From Octopus vulgaris (lineage: Eukaryota): 64,000 nt of DNA. A program made the translations under genes and the position numbers. Location of the stretch: the NCBI GenBank assembly GCA_951406725.2, contig OX597819.1:9176001-9240000 (forward strand). The letters run 5' to 3'. The notes beneath the pieces were generated by a model. It saw only the letters and a program-made list of their open reading frames with translations, was not told the origin of the DNA and searched no databases. Positions 1 through 11,121 of this stretch are shown in pieces. Position 1 is the first letter of the stretch. Each line of letters starts with the position of its first letter.

Positions 1-1660
1 ATGCGTCTGCATGGATGATGGTGCACTTGCTTTCAATGTTTCTGAAAAGAAAGAGGCTTGGAGAAGCCATTATGAGAGACTGCTGAATGTGGAGAATGAA
101 TGGGAAGAGGAGAACCTGCCAAATGTTGACCCAGTAGAGGAACCAGCTATCCGAATAGACAGCTCCCTAGTAGTTAAAGCAATTAAGGGTACAGCCCATC
201 AGGAATCACTGCTGAGATGTTTAAAACATCTGGTGGTGTGGGCTATGGCCTAGTCACCCGCATTGTAAACCAGGTAGTTCATAATACAGTCATACCCAAT
301 GACTGGCGTAGCAGCACCATAGTCAACTGCTACAAGGGTAAAGGTGATGCTCTAGATAGAAATAACTACAGGGGTATTAAACTGTTGGATCAGGTGATGG
401 TCACAGAGAGGGTCATAGCCCATCTCATTAGGGAGAGAGTTTGCTTAGATGAGATGCAGTTCGGTTTTGTGCTGGGTAGAAGCACCACTGATGCCATATT
501 CCTGGTTCAACAACTGCAGGAGAAATACCTAGCTAAAGATAAACTCCTCTACATAGCTTTCGTAGACTATGAGAAAGCCTTTGACAGGGTCCCCCATCCC
601 TTATCTGGTGGGTGATGCAGAAACTGGAGATTGACGAATGGTTAATAAGGGCTGTACAGGCCCTATACAGAGAGGCTGTCAGCAAGGTTAGGATTGGCAA
701 TGTGTATAGTGAAGAATTCCAGGTAGAAGTAGGGGTCATCAAGGTTCAGCCCTCAATCCCCTTTTATTCATCATAGTCCTCCAGGCAATAACAGAGGAAT
801 TCAAAATGGGTTGCCCCTGGGAGCTCCTCTATGCTGATGACCTGGCCCTCATAGCAGAATCACTACCGGAACTAGAAAAGAAATTTCAGGTGTGGAAGCT
901 AGGTTTAGAATCAAAGGGCCTTAGAGTCAATGTAGCAAAGACCAAAGTCCTTGTATGTAGGAAGGCAAACACACCACACACCCCTTCAGGTAGGTGGCCC
1001 TGCTCGATCTGTAGAAAAGGTGTAGGTAGAAACTCCATAAGATGTACCCAGTGTAAGCTATGGACGCATAAGAGGTGCAGCAACATCAAAGGAAAATTAA
1101 CCGAGAAGATAGCTTTCATGTGATGCACAGGGCAATAGACACCACAGATACTCAGAAAACAGATTCCATCACACTCCAGGGGGAGAAACTAGAAGTAGTT
1201 GATAGTTTCCGCTACCTAGGTGACCAAGTTAGTAGTGGGGGTGGATGTTCAAAGAGTGTTACTACTAGAATAAGAATAGCCTGGGCAAAGTTCAGAAAGC
1301 TCCTACCCCTACTGGTGACAAAGGGTCTCTCGCTCAGAGTGAAAGGTAGATTGTACGACACGTGTGCGAACTGCCATGCTTCACAGCAGTGAAACATGGG
1401 CTGTGACTGCTGAGGACATACGTAGGCCTGAAAGAAATGAAGCTAGTATGCTCTGCTGGATGTGTAATGTCAGTGTGCACACACAACAGAGTGTAAGTGC
1501 CCTGAGAGAAATGTTGGACATAAGAAGCATTGGATGTGGCGTGCAAGAGAGACGCTTGCATTGGTATGGTCATGTACTGCGGATGGATGAGGAGAGATGT
1601 GTGAAGAAGTGCCACTCCCAAACAGTTGAAGGAATCCGGGGTAGAGGTAGACCCAGGAAG
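1..1660 (+). mobile_element. RTE-clade LINE, decayed RT ORF with frameshifts, runs off window start
   Basis: Consecutive ORFs carry RT motifs: YKGKGD..NYRGIKLL, QFGF..GRSTTDAIF, FVDYEKAFDRVP, LLYADDL, FRYLG, SETW, RLHWYGHVLRM, GRGRPRKT. Confidence 0.92.
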
Positions 1661-1692
1661 ACAGCCTGTTGTGTAACTAGCTGAGTACCCCT

Positions 1693-2790
1693 TCATCATC
1701 ATCATCATTTAATGTTTGCTTTCCATGCTGGCATGGGTTAGACGGTTTGATTGGAACAGGTAAGCCAGAGAGCTGCGCCAGGTTCCAGTCTGATCTGGCA
1801 TGGTTTCTACGGCTGGATGCTGCCCTTCCTAAAGCCAACCACTCCAAGAGTGTCATGGGTGGATTTTACATGCCACTGGCACGGGTGTCATTTACATGAC
1901 ACCAGCTGTGGCCATAACTACAATTTCATGGGTGTCATTTACATGACACTGGTAACGGTCATGACTATGATTTCTCGAGTCAAGCCCAGCATATCGCCTA
2001 AGGTCTCAATCCCTTGTTGTCGCCTCCATGAGGCCCAACATTTGAAGGTCATGCTTCACCACCTCTGTATGGCCCAACATTCAAAGATTATGCTACTGAC
2101 AATGTCTACCTCTTCCACAGGTTCCATCCACAGTTAGGGATCAGCTTTTCTTTACACAACTGTCCTCATCCATATACATCACATGACCACACCAACACAT
2201 TAATCTCTTCATCTCACTTGCACACCACATTTGATGCCTCTTATGTCCAGTTTTTCTCGCAAAACATTTACACTCTGTCATGCATGCACATTGACATTGC
2301 ACATCCAGTGAAGCATACTGGCTTCATTTCTTTCTAGCCTACGCATGTCCCTGGCTGTCACAGTCAATGTTTTACTGCTATAGAGCATGGCTGTTCACAC
2401 ACAGGCATCATACAGTCTGTCTTTCATTCTAAGAGAGAGGCCATTTGTTACTAACAGAGGTAGAAGCTCTCTGAACTTTGCCCTGTCTATTCTTATTCTT
2501 GCAGCTACACTCTCAGCGTATCCACCTCCACTGCTGACTTGGTCACCTAAATAACGGAAGCTATCACCTACTTCTAGATGTCCCTGCTGGCATTTGACAA
2601 AATCTATTTTCTGTACATTTCTAGTGCTTATTGTATCTCTGTACATATGCCACACACAAAGACTATTTTCCCTGTTAATGTTCCTCTGATATTGCTGCAC
2701 CTCTTATGTGCCATTGGCTTGCAGCAGGAACATCTTATGGAGTCTCTTCCTATGCTTTTCCTACATATTGAGCATGGCCATCTACCTTAA
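1693..2790 (-). mobile_element. RTE-clade LINE 3' portion, same family as 1-1660, with 3' end and (GAT)n tail
   Basis: ORF 2395-2700 closely matches ORF 1075-1392 (DSFRYLGDQVSSGGG..RIRI..AKFRELLPLL). The (CAT)n run at 1693-1708 on + is the tail. Confidence 0.88.
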
Positions 2791-3094
2791 AGGATAAGAA
2801 ATAATTACATCAGAGGATCTGCTCGCTAGGAAACATGTAGCCTGAATTTCACCTGCTACACTCCCTTATTTTGGATTTTTATTTGCATTCATAGTAACTC
2901 AAGTTGCTAACCATTAGTTACAAAAAAGTATTTTTCAGCTTATCAAGCCTCAATATCAGAAAAGCCTACAACCTTCTATGTCAATAAATTATAATTGTTC
3001 TTGAATGTTGGTTTTTATACCTACCGCGGACTACTCAAAGCTTACAAACTTCCTACACTTAGATCCTTGGATCTTATAATTACATATCAATATA

Positions 3095-3310
3095 CAGGTG
3101 TGTGTGTGTATTTGTCCCACATTACCCCTTGACAACCAGTGTTGGTATGTTTATGTCTCCATAACTTAGCAGCTCAACAGAAGAGAATAAATACCAGCCT
3201 TAACAAAAAATAAGTACTGGAGTTGATTCATTCAACTAAAAATGTTTCAAGGTGATGCTCCTGCATGGCCACAGTGTAATGACTGAAACAAGTAAAAAAT
3301 AAAAGAAGCT
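3095..3310 (+). mobile_element. Old diverged SINE family A-related 3' half
   Basis: Degenerate match to the family A body and tail (ttgacaacc..gcatggcc.cagt..aatgactgaaacaagtaaaa). Confidence 0.7.
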
Positions 3311-3372
3311 ATAATGTCTATCATAAGTAATGGTATTAATCATTTGATAAACTAAGATTTAAGTCTACATAC

Positions 3373-3752
3373 TCTTTACTCTTTTACTCTTTTACGTGTT
3401 TCAGTCATTTGACTGCGGCCATGCTGGAGCACCCTGGGACTTATTCTTTGTAAGCCCAGTACTTATTCTATCGGTCTCTTTTGCCGAACCACTAAGTGAT
3501 GGGGACATAAACACACCAGCATCGGTTGTCAAGCAATGCTAAGGGGACAAACACAAACATACACGCATACATATATATACATATATACGACGGGCTTCTT
3601 TCAGTTTCCGTCTACCAAATCCACTCACAAGGCTTTGGTCGGCCCGGGGCTATTAGTAGAAGACATTTGACCAAGGTGCCATGCAGTGGGACCGAACCCG
3701 GAACCATGTGGTTGGTAAACAAGCTACTTACCACACAGCCACTCCTGCGCCT
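3373..3752 (-). mobile_element. tRNA-derived SINE family A
   Basis: Head GGCGCAGGAGTGGCTGTGTGG..GGTTCGGTCCC (A/B boxes), internal (TA)/(TG) tract, (AGTAAAAG)n tail. More than 10 copies in the window. Confidence 0.9.
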
Positions 3753-4048
3753 ATATGTTCTATTCTGGACCTACATGTTCTATTCTCCCCACATTTTTAG
3801 TTTTGCTTTTATCTGTGGAAATATAAATTTTGGTCATTGACAGAGTTTGTATCTTGGATTTATTTAAATTTCAACTCAATTATCTTATTCTTTAGTCTGA
3901 TTTATTTCTTTGCTAGAATGGCTCCAGCGTCTTCAATTTAAAAAAATTTTTTTTACCATGAGGGGAAATTCCTTTTGGATCAAAGAAGGGGCTTCTACAT
4001 GGTCACTCAATCAGCTGGAAATAACACCTACATTTCCTTTAAGTGATA

Positions 4049-4522
4049 TCTTTATATATAAAAGTGAAGTTGTGTGTCTGTCTCCTACGATTTAGGTTCC
4101 TCACTACTCCCACATTTTGCGGTGCAGTTTAACCAAAACCCGGTATCTTATAGTCGTGATTCATATCGAGCCCTTCTGGGTATTAGCGCGCGTCTACGAT
4201 GAGTCTACGATTTTAAAAATAATTTACCATCATTTTTTTCCATTTTAATGCATTTTTTCGCTATTATATAAGGGAGGTAACTCTCTAAAAATGTCTACGA
4301 TTTAAAAAAATTTACCATCATTTTTTCCATTTTAATGCATTTTTTTCGCTATTATATAAGGGAAGTAACTCTCTAAAAATGTCTACGATTTAAAAAAAAA
4401 TTTACCATAATTTTTTTTCCATCTTTAATGCATTTTTTGCTATTTTTTGGCTATAACTCTCTAAAAATGCTTATATAGTTATTTCCCTTACAAACCCAAG
4501 CAACGCCGGGTGATACTGCTAG
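4049..4522 (+). mobile_element. Non-autonomous Helitron (family H1)
   Basis: 5' A|TCTTTATATATAAAA, 3' hairpin CCCAAGCAACGCCGGG then CTAG|T, no TSD, internal ~90-bp unit repeated 3 times. Confidence 0.85.
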
Positions 4523-4828
4523 TATTTGATATTGTAGTTCATGATACAGCCACAAGTGTGGCTGAACAATAACCACAAAGGATCTTATAAATAAATTCCT
4601 CCTACTACTTAATTGTAAACTGAAACGATGTTGATCTCTCCCCTCTTCATAGTCACACCTTGTATCAACTCTTCCTCCTCCTTCAATATAACTTTTTAGG
4701 GGATTCCTCTCTCATTTGTTTCCCTTCTCATATACTTGTAGTTTGAAATTGTTCCAAATTAACAGTTGATTAGAACTTGAATCTATATCAATTCAAATTA
4801 GGCCCCAGCTCTTTTAATCCCACACATA

Positions 4829-5243
4829 GGCGCAGGAGTGGCTATGTGGTAAGTAGCTTGCTAACCAACCACAAGGTTCTGGGTTCAGTCCCACTGTGTG
4901 GCATCTTGGGCAAGTGTCTTCTACTATAGCCCCGGGCCAACCAATGCCTTGTGAGTGGATTTGGTAGACGGAAACTGAAAGAAGCCTGTCGTATATATGT
5001 ATATATATATGTATGTGTGTGTGTTTGTGTGTCTGTGTTTGTACCCCTAGCATTGCTTGACAACTGATGCTGGTGTGTGTTTATGTCCCCGTCACTTAGC
5101 GGTACGGCAAAAGAGACCAATAGAATAAGTACTGGGCTTACAAAGAATAAGTCCCGGGGTCGATTTGCTCGACTAAAGGCGGTACTCCAGCATGGCCGCA
5201 GTCAAATGACTGAAGCAAGTAAAAGAGTAAAAGAGAGTAAAGA
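4829..5243 (+). mobile_element. SINE family A
   Basis: Full-length match to the other family A copies. Confidence 0.9.
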
Positions 5244-5687
5244 GTTATTTCTATGCATCTCAGTTGGACACCAAAAGAGAAGCTTTAACCCCTAAACTGC
5301 TCTTCCTTCTGCTCTTCTCCCCTTCTTTCTGTTTTAGTCAAATCAAAGTAATCATTTTCTTCTTTTATCTCTTTTACCTGTTTCAGTTACTAACCAAATC
5401 GCCTCCCAGCAAACTTCCTTTTTTATTCCATCAGTCTCTTTTGCTAAAGTACTAAGATATGGGGATGTAAATGAACCAACAGTTGTCAAGTGGTGGATGA
5501 GGATAAAGAAACGTGTGTGTGTGAGTTAGAGGTTCAGAAACCAACCAACTAAGGGATAGTATCTATCCAATATATTGCTGGTAGTGTACCCAATTATTCA
5601 TACCTAAGTGCTGGTTATTGCATGGCAATCTTGCAATTGAGTGTTATATATTGGCGGGGGTAAACAGGGGTTTTACCCTTAATTTAA

Positions 5688-5788
5688 ACGGCAAATAAGA
5701 AAATGGAGAGGATACAAAAATGACATACATCAGCCAGTAGACATTCTAGTATGTCATTTTATATCCTTTCCATTTTCTTATTTGCCGT
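5688..5788. repeat. Imperfect ~40-bp-arm inverted repeat
   Basis: acggcaaataagaaaatgga..atgacatac pairs with gtatgtcat..tccattttcttatttgccgt around a 20-nt loop. Confidence 0.85.
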
Positions 5789-5977
5789 CATCATCATCAT
5801 CATCATCATCGGTTAACGTCCGTTCTCCATGCTAGCATGGGTTGGACGGTTCGACCGGAGATCTGGGAAGCCAAAAGGCTGCACCAGGCTCCAGTCTTAT
5901 CTGGCAATGTTTCTACAGCTGGATGCCCTTCCTAATGCCAACCACTTCATGAGTGTAGTGGGTGCTTTTTACGTGCC
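5789..5977 (-). mobile_element. RTE-type 3' end fragment with (GAT)n tail
   Basis: Matches 1693-1875 (ccatgct.gcatgggtt.gacggtt..gctggatgcccttccta..gccaaccac). Confidence 0.8.
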
Positions 5978-6058
5978 TTTTTACGTGGCACGTAAAAAAG
6001 TGCCACATAAAAAAAGTGCCGTATATATATATAATATATATCTATATATATATATATA

Positions 6059-6133
6059 AAGTTAATCCAAACAAGAAAACAAAAAACAACAACGCAAGGA
6101 TGTGGAACAAATAAAGTATTATTGAACGCTCAG
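6059..6133 (-). mobile_element. Fragment of Penelope-like non-coding repeat P1
   Basis: Matches 37119-37200 and the reverse complement of 40700-40776. Flanked by (TA)n. Confidence 0.65.
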
Positions 6134-6149
6134 ATATATATGTATACCA

Positions 6150-6410
6150 CGTCATGTTATCACGTGACCAACCAGGCTATCAGATGTTACACATCGCTGG
6201 TCACAATGCGCTTCGCATTGTTTTAGCCTTCAAATGATGTCACCCCGCTGGCTAAGCGAGCAGGCCAAGAGAAGAGTACAGCAGGGATCGCCACCACCCC
6301 CCCTGCCGGAGCCTCGTGGAGCTTTAGGTGTTTTCGCTCAATAAACACTCACAACGCCCAGTATGGGAATCGAAACCGCGAGTCCGCTGCCCTAACCACT
6401 GGGCCATTGT
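6150..6410 (-). mobile_element. SINE family B variant: B head with a different, RTE-like tail
   Basis: Head and body match family B. Tail matches 27426-27540 and resembles the RTE 3' end at 39086-39150. Confidence 0.8.
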
Positions 6411-6454
6411 GGATTCCTTGTATGCTAAAAACAGACGTCAAACCTACTTACCAT

Positions 6455-6625
6455 GAAACACACACACATACACAACAGACCTTCACACAGTTTCCATCTA
6501 CCAAATTCATTTGCAAGGCATTGGTCAGTTTGAGGCTTAAGTAGGAGACACTTGTCCATGTGCCACTCAGTGAGACTCAAGCTGATATCACCTGGATGCA
6601 AAGCGAGCCCCATAACCACACAGTC
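6455..6625 (-). mobile_element. Old diverged SINE family A-related 5' half
   Basis: Degenerate cagtttccatctaccaaattca..caaggcattggtc..gacacttg. Confidence 0.7.
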
Positions 6626-6706
6626 ATTAATTTCTGAAATTAGCTAAGGAGTGGTAACGGCATGTATAGAGGCCTCTAAGTAACTTTGTAAGATATGCAC
6701 ACACTT

Positions 6707-7290
6707 CATCATCATCATCATTGTTCGACCGTGGTCGAGAGAATGGAATTTACCATGCTACGCTAGACTTCATGGTCCATCATGGCATTACGGAGGTCCT
6801 GTTGCTGGATGCCTGTATCCCTGGAGATTACATCAGGGTAGGAGAGTGTGCGCCCTCTGGTAGTGCGAGTAGATGGCTTCCAGAGGAGAAGAATAGAAAT
6901 TACTTCTTTTTCAGCCCTACAACAATGTCCAGCAAACTTGGACTCTCCTACCTTTCACAAGAGATGATACAGGTGGTAGTTTCCCATATATTTGCATTTT
7001 GGTTGGATGGCGCTTCCACGAGAGATTTTGAGCTCTCATAAGGAGGCGAGTGTAGGTTCCATCCAACTGCCTCTCAAGTTTCTTTGATAACGTCCAGGTT
7101 TCTGAGCCATATAGTAGAATTGGTTCGACTGTGGCTTTGAAGATTTCAAGTTTCAAGTCTCTACTTAGATTTGATGACCAGATCTTATGCATGTCATTAC
7201 AGGCTGACCAGGCCATACCCTTTCTGGTTAGAAAGTCTTTTCCAGATGATGATATGTATGACCCAAGATATTTATAATCAGAAACCATAG
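6707..7290 (-). mobile_element. RTE-type LINE 3' fragment (second family)
   Basis: YKYLGSYI..KGMAWSACNDMHKIW..IFKATVEPILLYGSETWTL and a (GAT)n tail. Confidence 0.88.
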
Positions 7291-7356
7291 TTAAGGGCGC
7301 ATTGTTGAGAGTATGGATGATACACACACTTACATACGCACACACACACACGCTCA

Positions 7357-7607
7357 TATTCAGCGTGACACAGAGAGTGACAAGGCCGGCCCTTTGAAAT
7401 ACAGGTACAACAGAAACAGGAAGTAAGAGTGAGAGTAAGTTGTGGTGAAAGAGTACAGCAGGGATCACCACCATCCCCTGCCAGAGCCTCGTGGCGCTTT
7501 AGGTGTTTTCGCTCAATAAACACTCACAACGACCGGTCTAGGAATCGAAACTGCGATCCTATGAAACCGCGAGTTCGCTGCCCTAACCACTGGGCCATTG
7601 CACCTCC
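7357..7607 (-). mobile_element. tRNA-derived SINE family B, 3'-truncated
   Basis: Head GGAGGTGCAATGGCCCAGTGGTTAGGG..GTTTCGATTCC on the minus strand. Confidence 0.88.
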
Positions 7608-7951
7608 CCTATTTTCATAAGCTGCATAACTGAAAGGCATAAACAATGTAAAGGTGGATATACTGTCTCCTCATCATTTTCATGACCACCATTAATACAA
7701 TACTTTTTCTTAAATTTTGTGATGATTTTCTAAAAAGAACCATAAAATACTTCAAGGTGTGAACAACCTTCTTGCTGTGTAGGCCTCTGGTCAGCTCTGA
7801 TCAAGTAGAGCTATGACCAAAAACACTCCAGATATAACTTACTTATCTCTCTGTACATCTAAAACTACACAAACACTTGTGTCCTGTTTTTAAGACTGTT
7901 GGTGGTGTTTTAACTGCTCTGACAGATCAAAATACCTTCATTGGACTACAA

Positions 7952-8553
7952 CAGTGATTCTCAACTGGGGTCCACATAAGATTTTTGGGAATCCAAGCAA
8001 TCAAAATGGTAAATTGAGGATCCACAGTAGCATTTTAAGAAAGTGCATATAAAGTACATGCAGTAATGTCGAAATGTCTGGAAAGCGAACAATGTATGAG
8101 TCAGATACATGCTTGTGTGTGTATGGAGGGGAGAAAATCAAGTGTAGTGTTGGCAAATCTCAGGAAGCATGGAAGTTTTGAAGGATGCAGTGCTCCCACA
8201 ACTAACAACTGATGCCGGCAGTTTGTTCCATACTTCAGCAACTCTCAGCGTGAAAAAATGTTTCCTGAAGTCATGGGAGCTGTGCTGTTTTCTTACTTTG
8301 TAAATATGTCCACGGGTGTTAGATGGGTGGAGTTTGAAAAGGTGCTCACAGAGTTCAACACGTTTCCAACCAATGAAACATTTTCTCTCGAAGAGTTGCA
8401 AACCAGCACAAGTGTATGGGTGAAAAACAAAACCGGAATTTAGCAAGATGTATCTATGAAACTAGTTTCTAAACATTGAATGGCTAGTGGGGGACACCAG
8501 AATAAAACAGTAATCAAAGGGCTCCATAGATTAAAAGTGGTTGAGAACCACTG
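7952..8553. mobile_element. hAT (Charlie-like) MITE with nested LINE fragment
   Basis: TIRs CAGTGATTCTCAAC / GTTGAGAACCACTG. 8-bp flanks gactacaa / gactactg (6 of 8 match). Confidence 0.75.
8040..8350 (-). mobile_element. CR1/L2-type LINE 3' end
   Basis: TRGHIYKVRK..RKHFFTLRVAEVWNKLPASVV..SFK is the typical CR1-group ORF2 C-terminus. Confidence 0.85.
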
Positions 8554-8852
8554 GACTACTGGAACAAGATATATTCTAACAATTTTAGCTTTTTTTTTTT
8601 TTTTTTTGATTGGAGAACTGTTGCGTGTGGGTAATTTTGTATTGAAAAGACTAAAAAAATGCAGAAGAGAACCATTATTAAAGTCAGTAGTGATTGTATT
8701 GATATAGCTTTGCAGTAGTGTCTTTATTGCTAAATATATATGTGGTTGGTGCACAGGAATATTTTTTTTATTAGAGTACATCCAACAAATAAGCTACGAA
8801 GATAAGAGGATGTTTGTATTTTCAAGATTTCAAACTAACAAATGTGAGTTGT

Positions 8853-9082
8853 ATATTTCTTTACTACCCACAAGGGGCTAAACACAGAGGGGACAAACAA
8901 GGACAGACAAACGGATTAAGTCGATTACATCGACCCCAGTGCGAAACTGGTACTTAATTTATCGACCCCGAAAGGACGAAAGACAAAGTCGACCTCGGCG
9001 GAATTTGAACTCAGGACGTAACGGCAGACGAAATACGGCTACGCATTTCGCCCGGCGTGCTAACGGTTCTGCCAGCTCGCCG
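8853..9082 (-). mobile_element. tRNA-derived SINE family C
   Basis: GGCGAGCTGGCAGAA..GAGTTCAAATTCCGCC head and central CTTTCRTCCTTTCGGGGTCGATAAATTAAGTACCAG core. Many copies in the window. Confidence 0.88.
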
Positions 9083-9560
9083 ATGTGAGTTGTAAGCGTC
9101 TGTCTAGTAGAGATCTCGCGCAAGTTTCTATTTTCAGTTCATTTAGAAAATTAATGTTCTTAGAAACGCCATGTACGTCACATCATACAATTCCTCTATT
9201 ACTCCTAAAAATAGAAGAAAGGAAAGGAAATATATATTTGTTGAAACGAAAATTTATTTAGCTCAAAAAATATTTTTCGGGCTTACAAGGGATATTTAAA
9301 CGGTACACAAGGGAAATAACTCTAAAATGTCCTCATCCAGAGTTATTGCCCCTAAGTCGTCAAATTTCGCCGGACGTTCAATTTTGCCGCTGAGATTGGT
9401 TAATTTAATTTAGTCCCTTACTCTAGGATGTAGGTATGTAGTTTTCAATCCTGAAATCGAATTATTTGAAGAAATGGAAACTCCGAATTAGTCTGGAATG
9501 CTGATAGACAGTCGTTTTACCTCGGCCTGAGCAAAACAGTTTTTTCCTCAGATACATATA

Positions 9561-9971
9561 CTTTTTTACTCTTTTACTTGTTTCAGTCATTTGACTGCGG
9601 CCATACTGGAGCACCGCCTTTAATCGAGCAACTCGACCCCGGGACTTATTCTTTTGTAAGCCCAAGTACTTATTCTATCGGTCTCTTTTTGCCGAACCGC
9701 TAAGTGACGGCGACGTAAACACACCAGCATCGGTTGTCAAGCAATGCTGGGGGGGACAAACACAGACACACACACATACATATATATATATATACATACA
9801 TATATACGACGGGCTTCTTTCAGTTTCCGTCTACCAAATCCACTCACAAGGCATTGGTCGGCCCGAGGCTATAGCAGAAGACACTTGACCAAGGTGCCAC
9901 GCAGTGGGACTGAACCCGGAACCATGTGGTTGGTTAGCAAGCTACTTACCACACAGCCACTCCTGCGCCTA
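9561..9971 (-). mobile_element. SINE family A
   Basis: Full-length match. Confidence 0.9.
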
Positions 9972-10147
9972 TGGTAACGAGATTTTAATCCATAGCCTGG
10001 GTTCATTCAAATACGAACTGAGGGAGCTGCTACGATTCCCCTCACCTTAGCGAAATTGTCACAGGTGTAACACCTTTGATTATAGGTCCAGTCACAGACG
10101 ACTGACCTAACGTTAAACAGCCATGTACTGTATCGGTGCAAAACATA

Positions 10148-10645
10148 CACACCCAGATCCACGCTAATAAGTTTAATAACTCTAGTATCATTGGGGACAG
10201 ACTTGTTGGCTCGGTCAGGATGCCTGAAGGGGTTAAAGTGACCGCAGCCGCCTACTGCAATCTCCTGAAGAAGATCTTGAATCCCTGGCTAGATGACATA
10301 CCACTGTCACTTCTAAGGAATCACGTATCCATGCATGACAACACTCCTTGCCACTCTGCTAGGACCACCCAAACATTACTAGGGCTTTACGGTAAACAAG
10401 ATGAAAGGTTGATGGTGTGGCCGCCTGCATCACCGGATCTCTATTGAAAATCTTTGGTCCATCATTAAACAAGATTTCTCAGTTTTCTGAGAATCGATTT
10501 TGATAAAACTTTTCCCAGCTGGTTTGGATACTATGGCAACACCATTGTTATGTTTACATTATTTTGTGTAACGTCCTTTCTTCTTTATTTCAGATTCTTT
10601 AGTCTTTGGGGTGAACCACACTAATAGCTTTTGAAGTAAAATATC
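10148..10645 (+). mobile_element. Rearranged inverted fragments of the adjacent Tc1 element
   Basis: TIR-like start at 10148, transposase catalytic piece 10186-10472 (IIGDRLVG..HDNTPCH..WPPASPDL), 5' non-coding piece 10473-10610, second TIR-like motif at ~10613. Confidence 0.8.
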
Positions 10646-10652
10646 TCATATA

Positions 10653-10817
10653 GGCGCAGGAGTGGCTGTGTGGTAAGTAGCTTGCTAACCAACCACATGG
10701 TTCCGGGTTCAGTCCCACTGCGTGGCACCTTGGGCAAGTGTCTTCTGCTATAGCCCCGGGCCGACCAATGCCTTGTGAGTGGATTTGGTAGACGGAAACT
10801 GAAAGAAGCCCGTCGTA

Positions 10818-10897
<80 letters not shown>

Positions 10898-11121
10898 TGT
10901 GTGTATATGTTTGTGTGTCTGTGTTTGTCCCCCTAGCATCGCTTGACAACCGATGCTGGTGTGTTTATGTCCCCGTCACTTAGCGGTTCGGCAAAAGAGA
11001 CCGATAGAATAAGTACTGGGCTTACAAAAGAATAAGTCCCGGGGTCGATTTGCTCGATTAAAAGGCGGTGCTCCAGCATGGCCGCAGTCAAATGACTGAA
11101 ACAAGTAAAAGAGTAAAAGAG
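10653..11121 (+). mobile_element. SINE family A inserted in the Tc1 element
   Basis: Full-length match with an expanded (TA)n. Confidence 0.9.

Noticed and set aside
2805-2846. GAAACATGTA (palindrome plus GUA) as a hammerhead
   Set aside because: No recognisable CUGANGA box upstream.
8350-8443. FSLEELQ peptide as an inverted LINE piece (twin priming)
   Set aside because: Too short to distinguish from chance.
10012-10066. CTGAGGGA..GAAATTGTC as a hammerhead
   Set aside because: Stem I does not pair and the core has an extra base.
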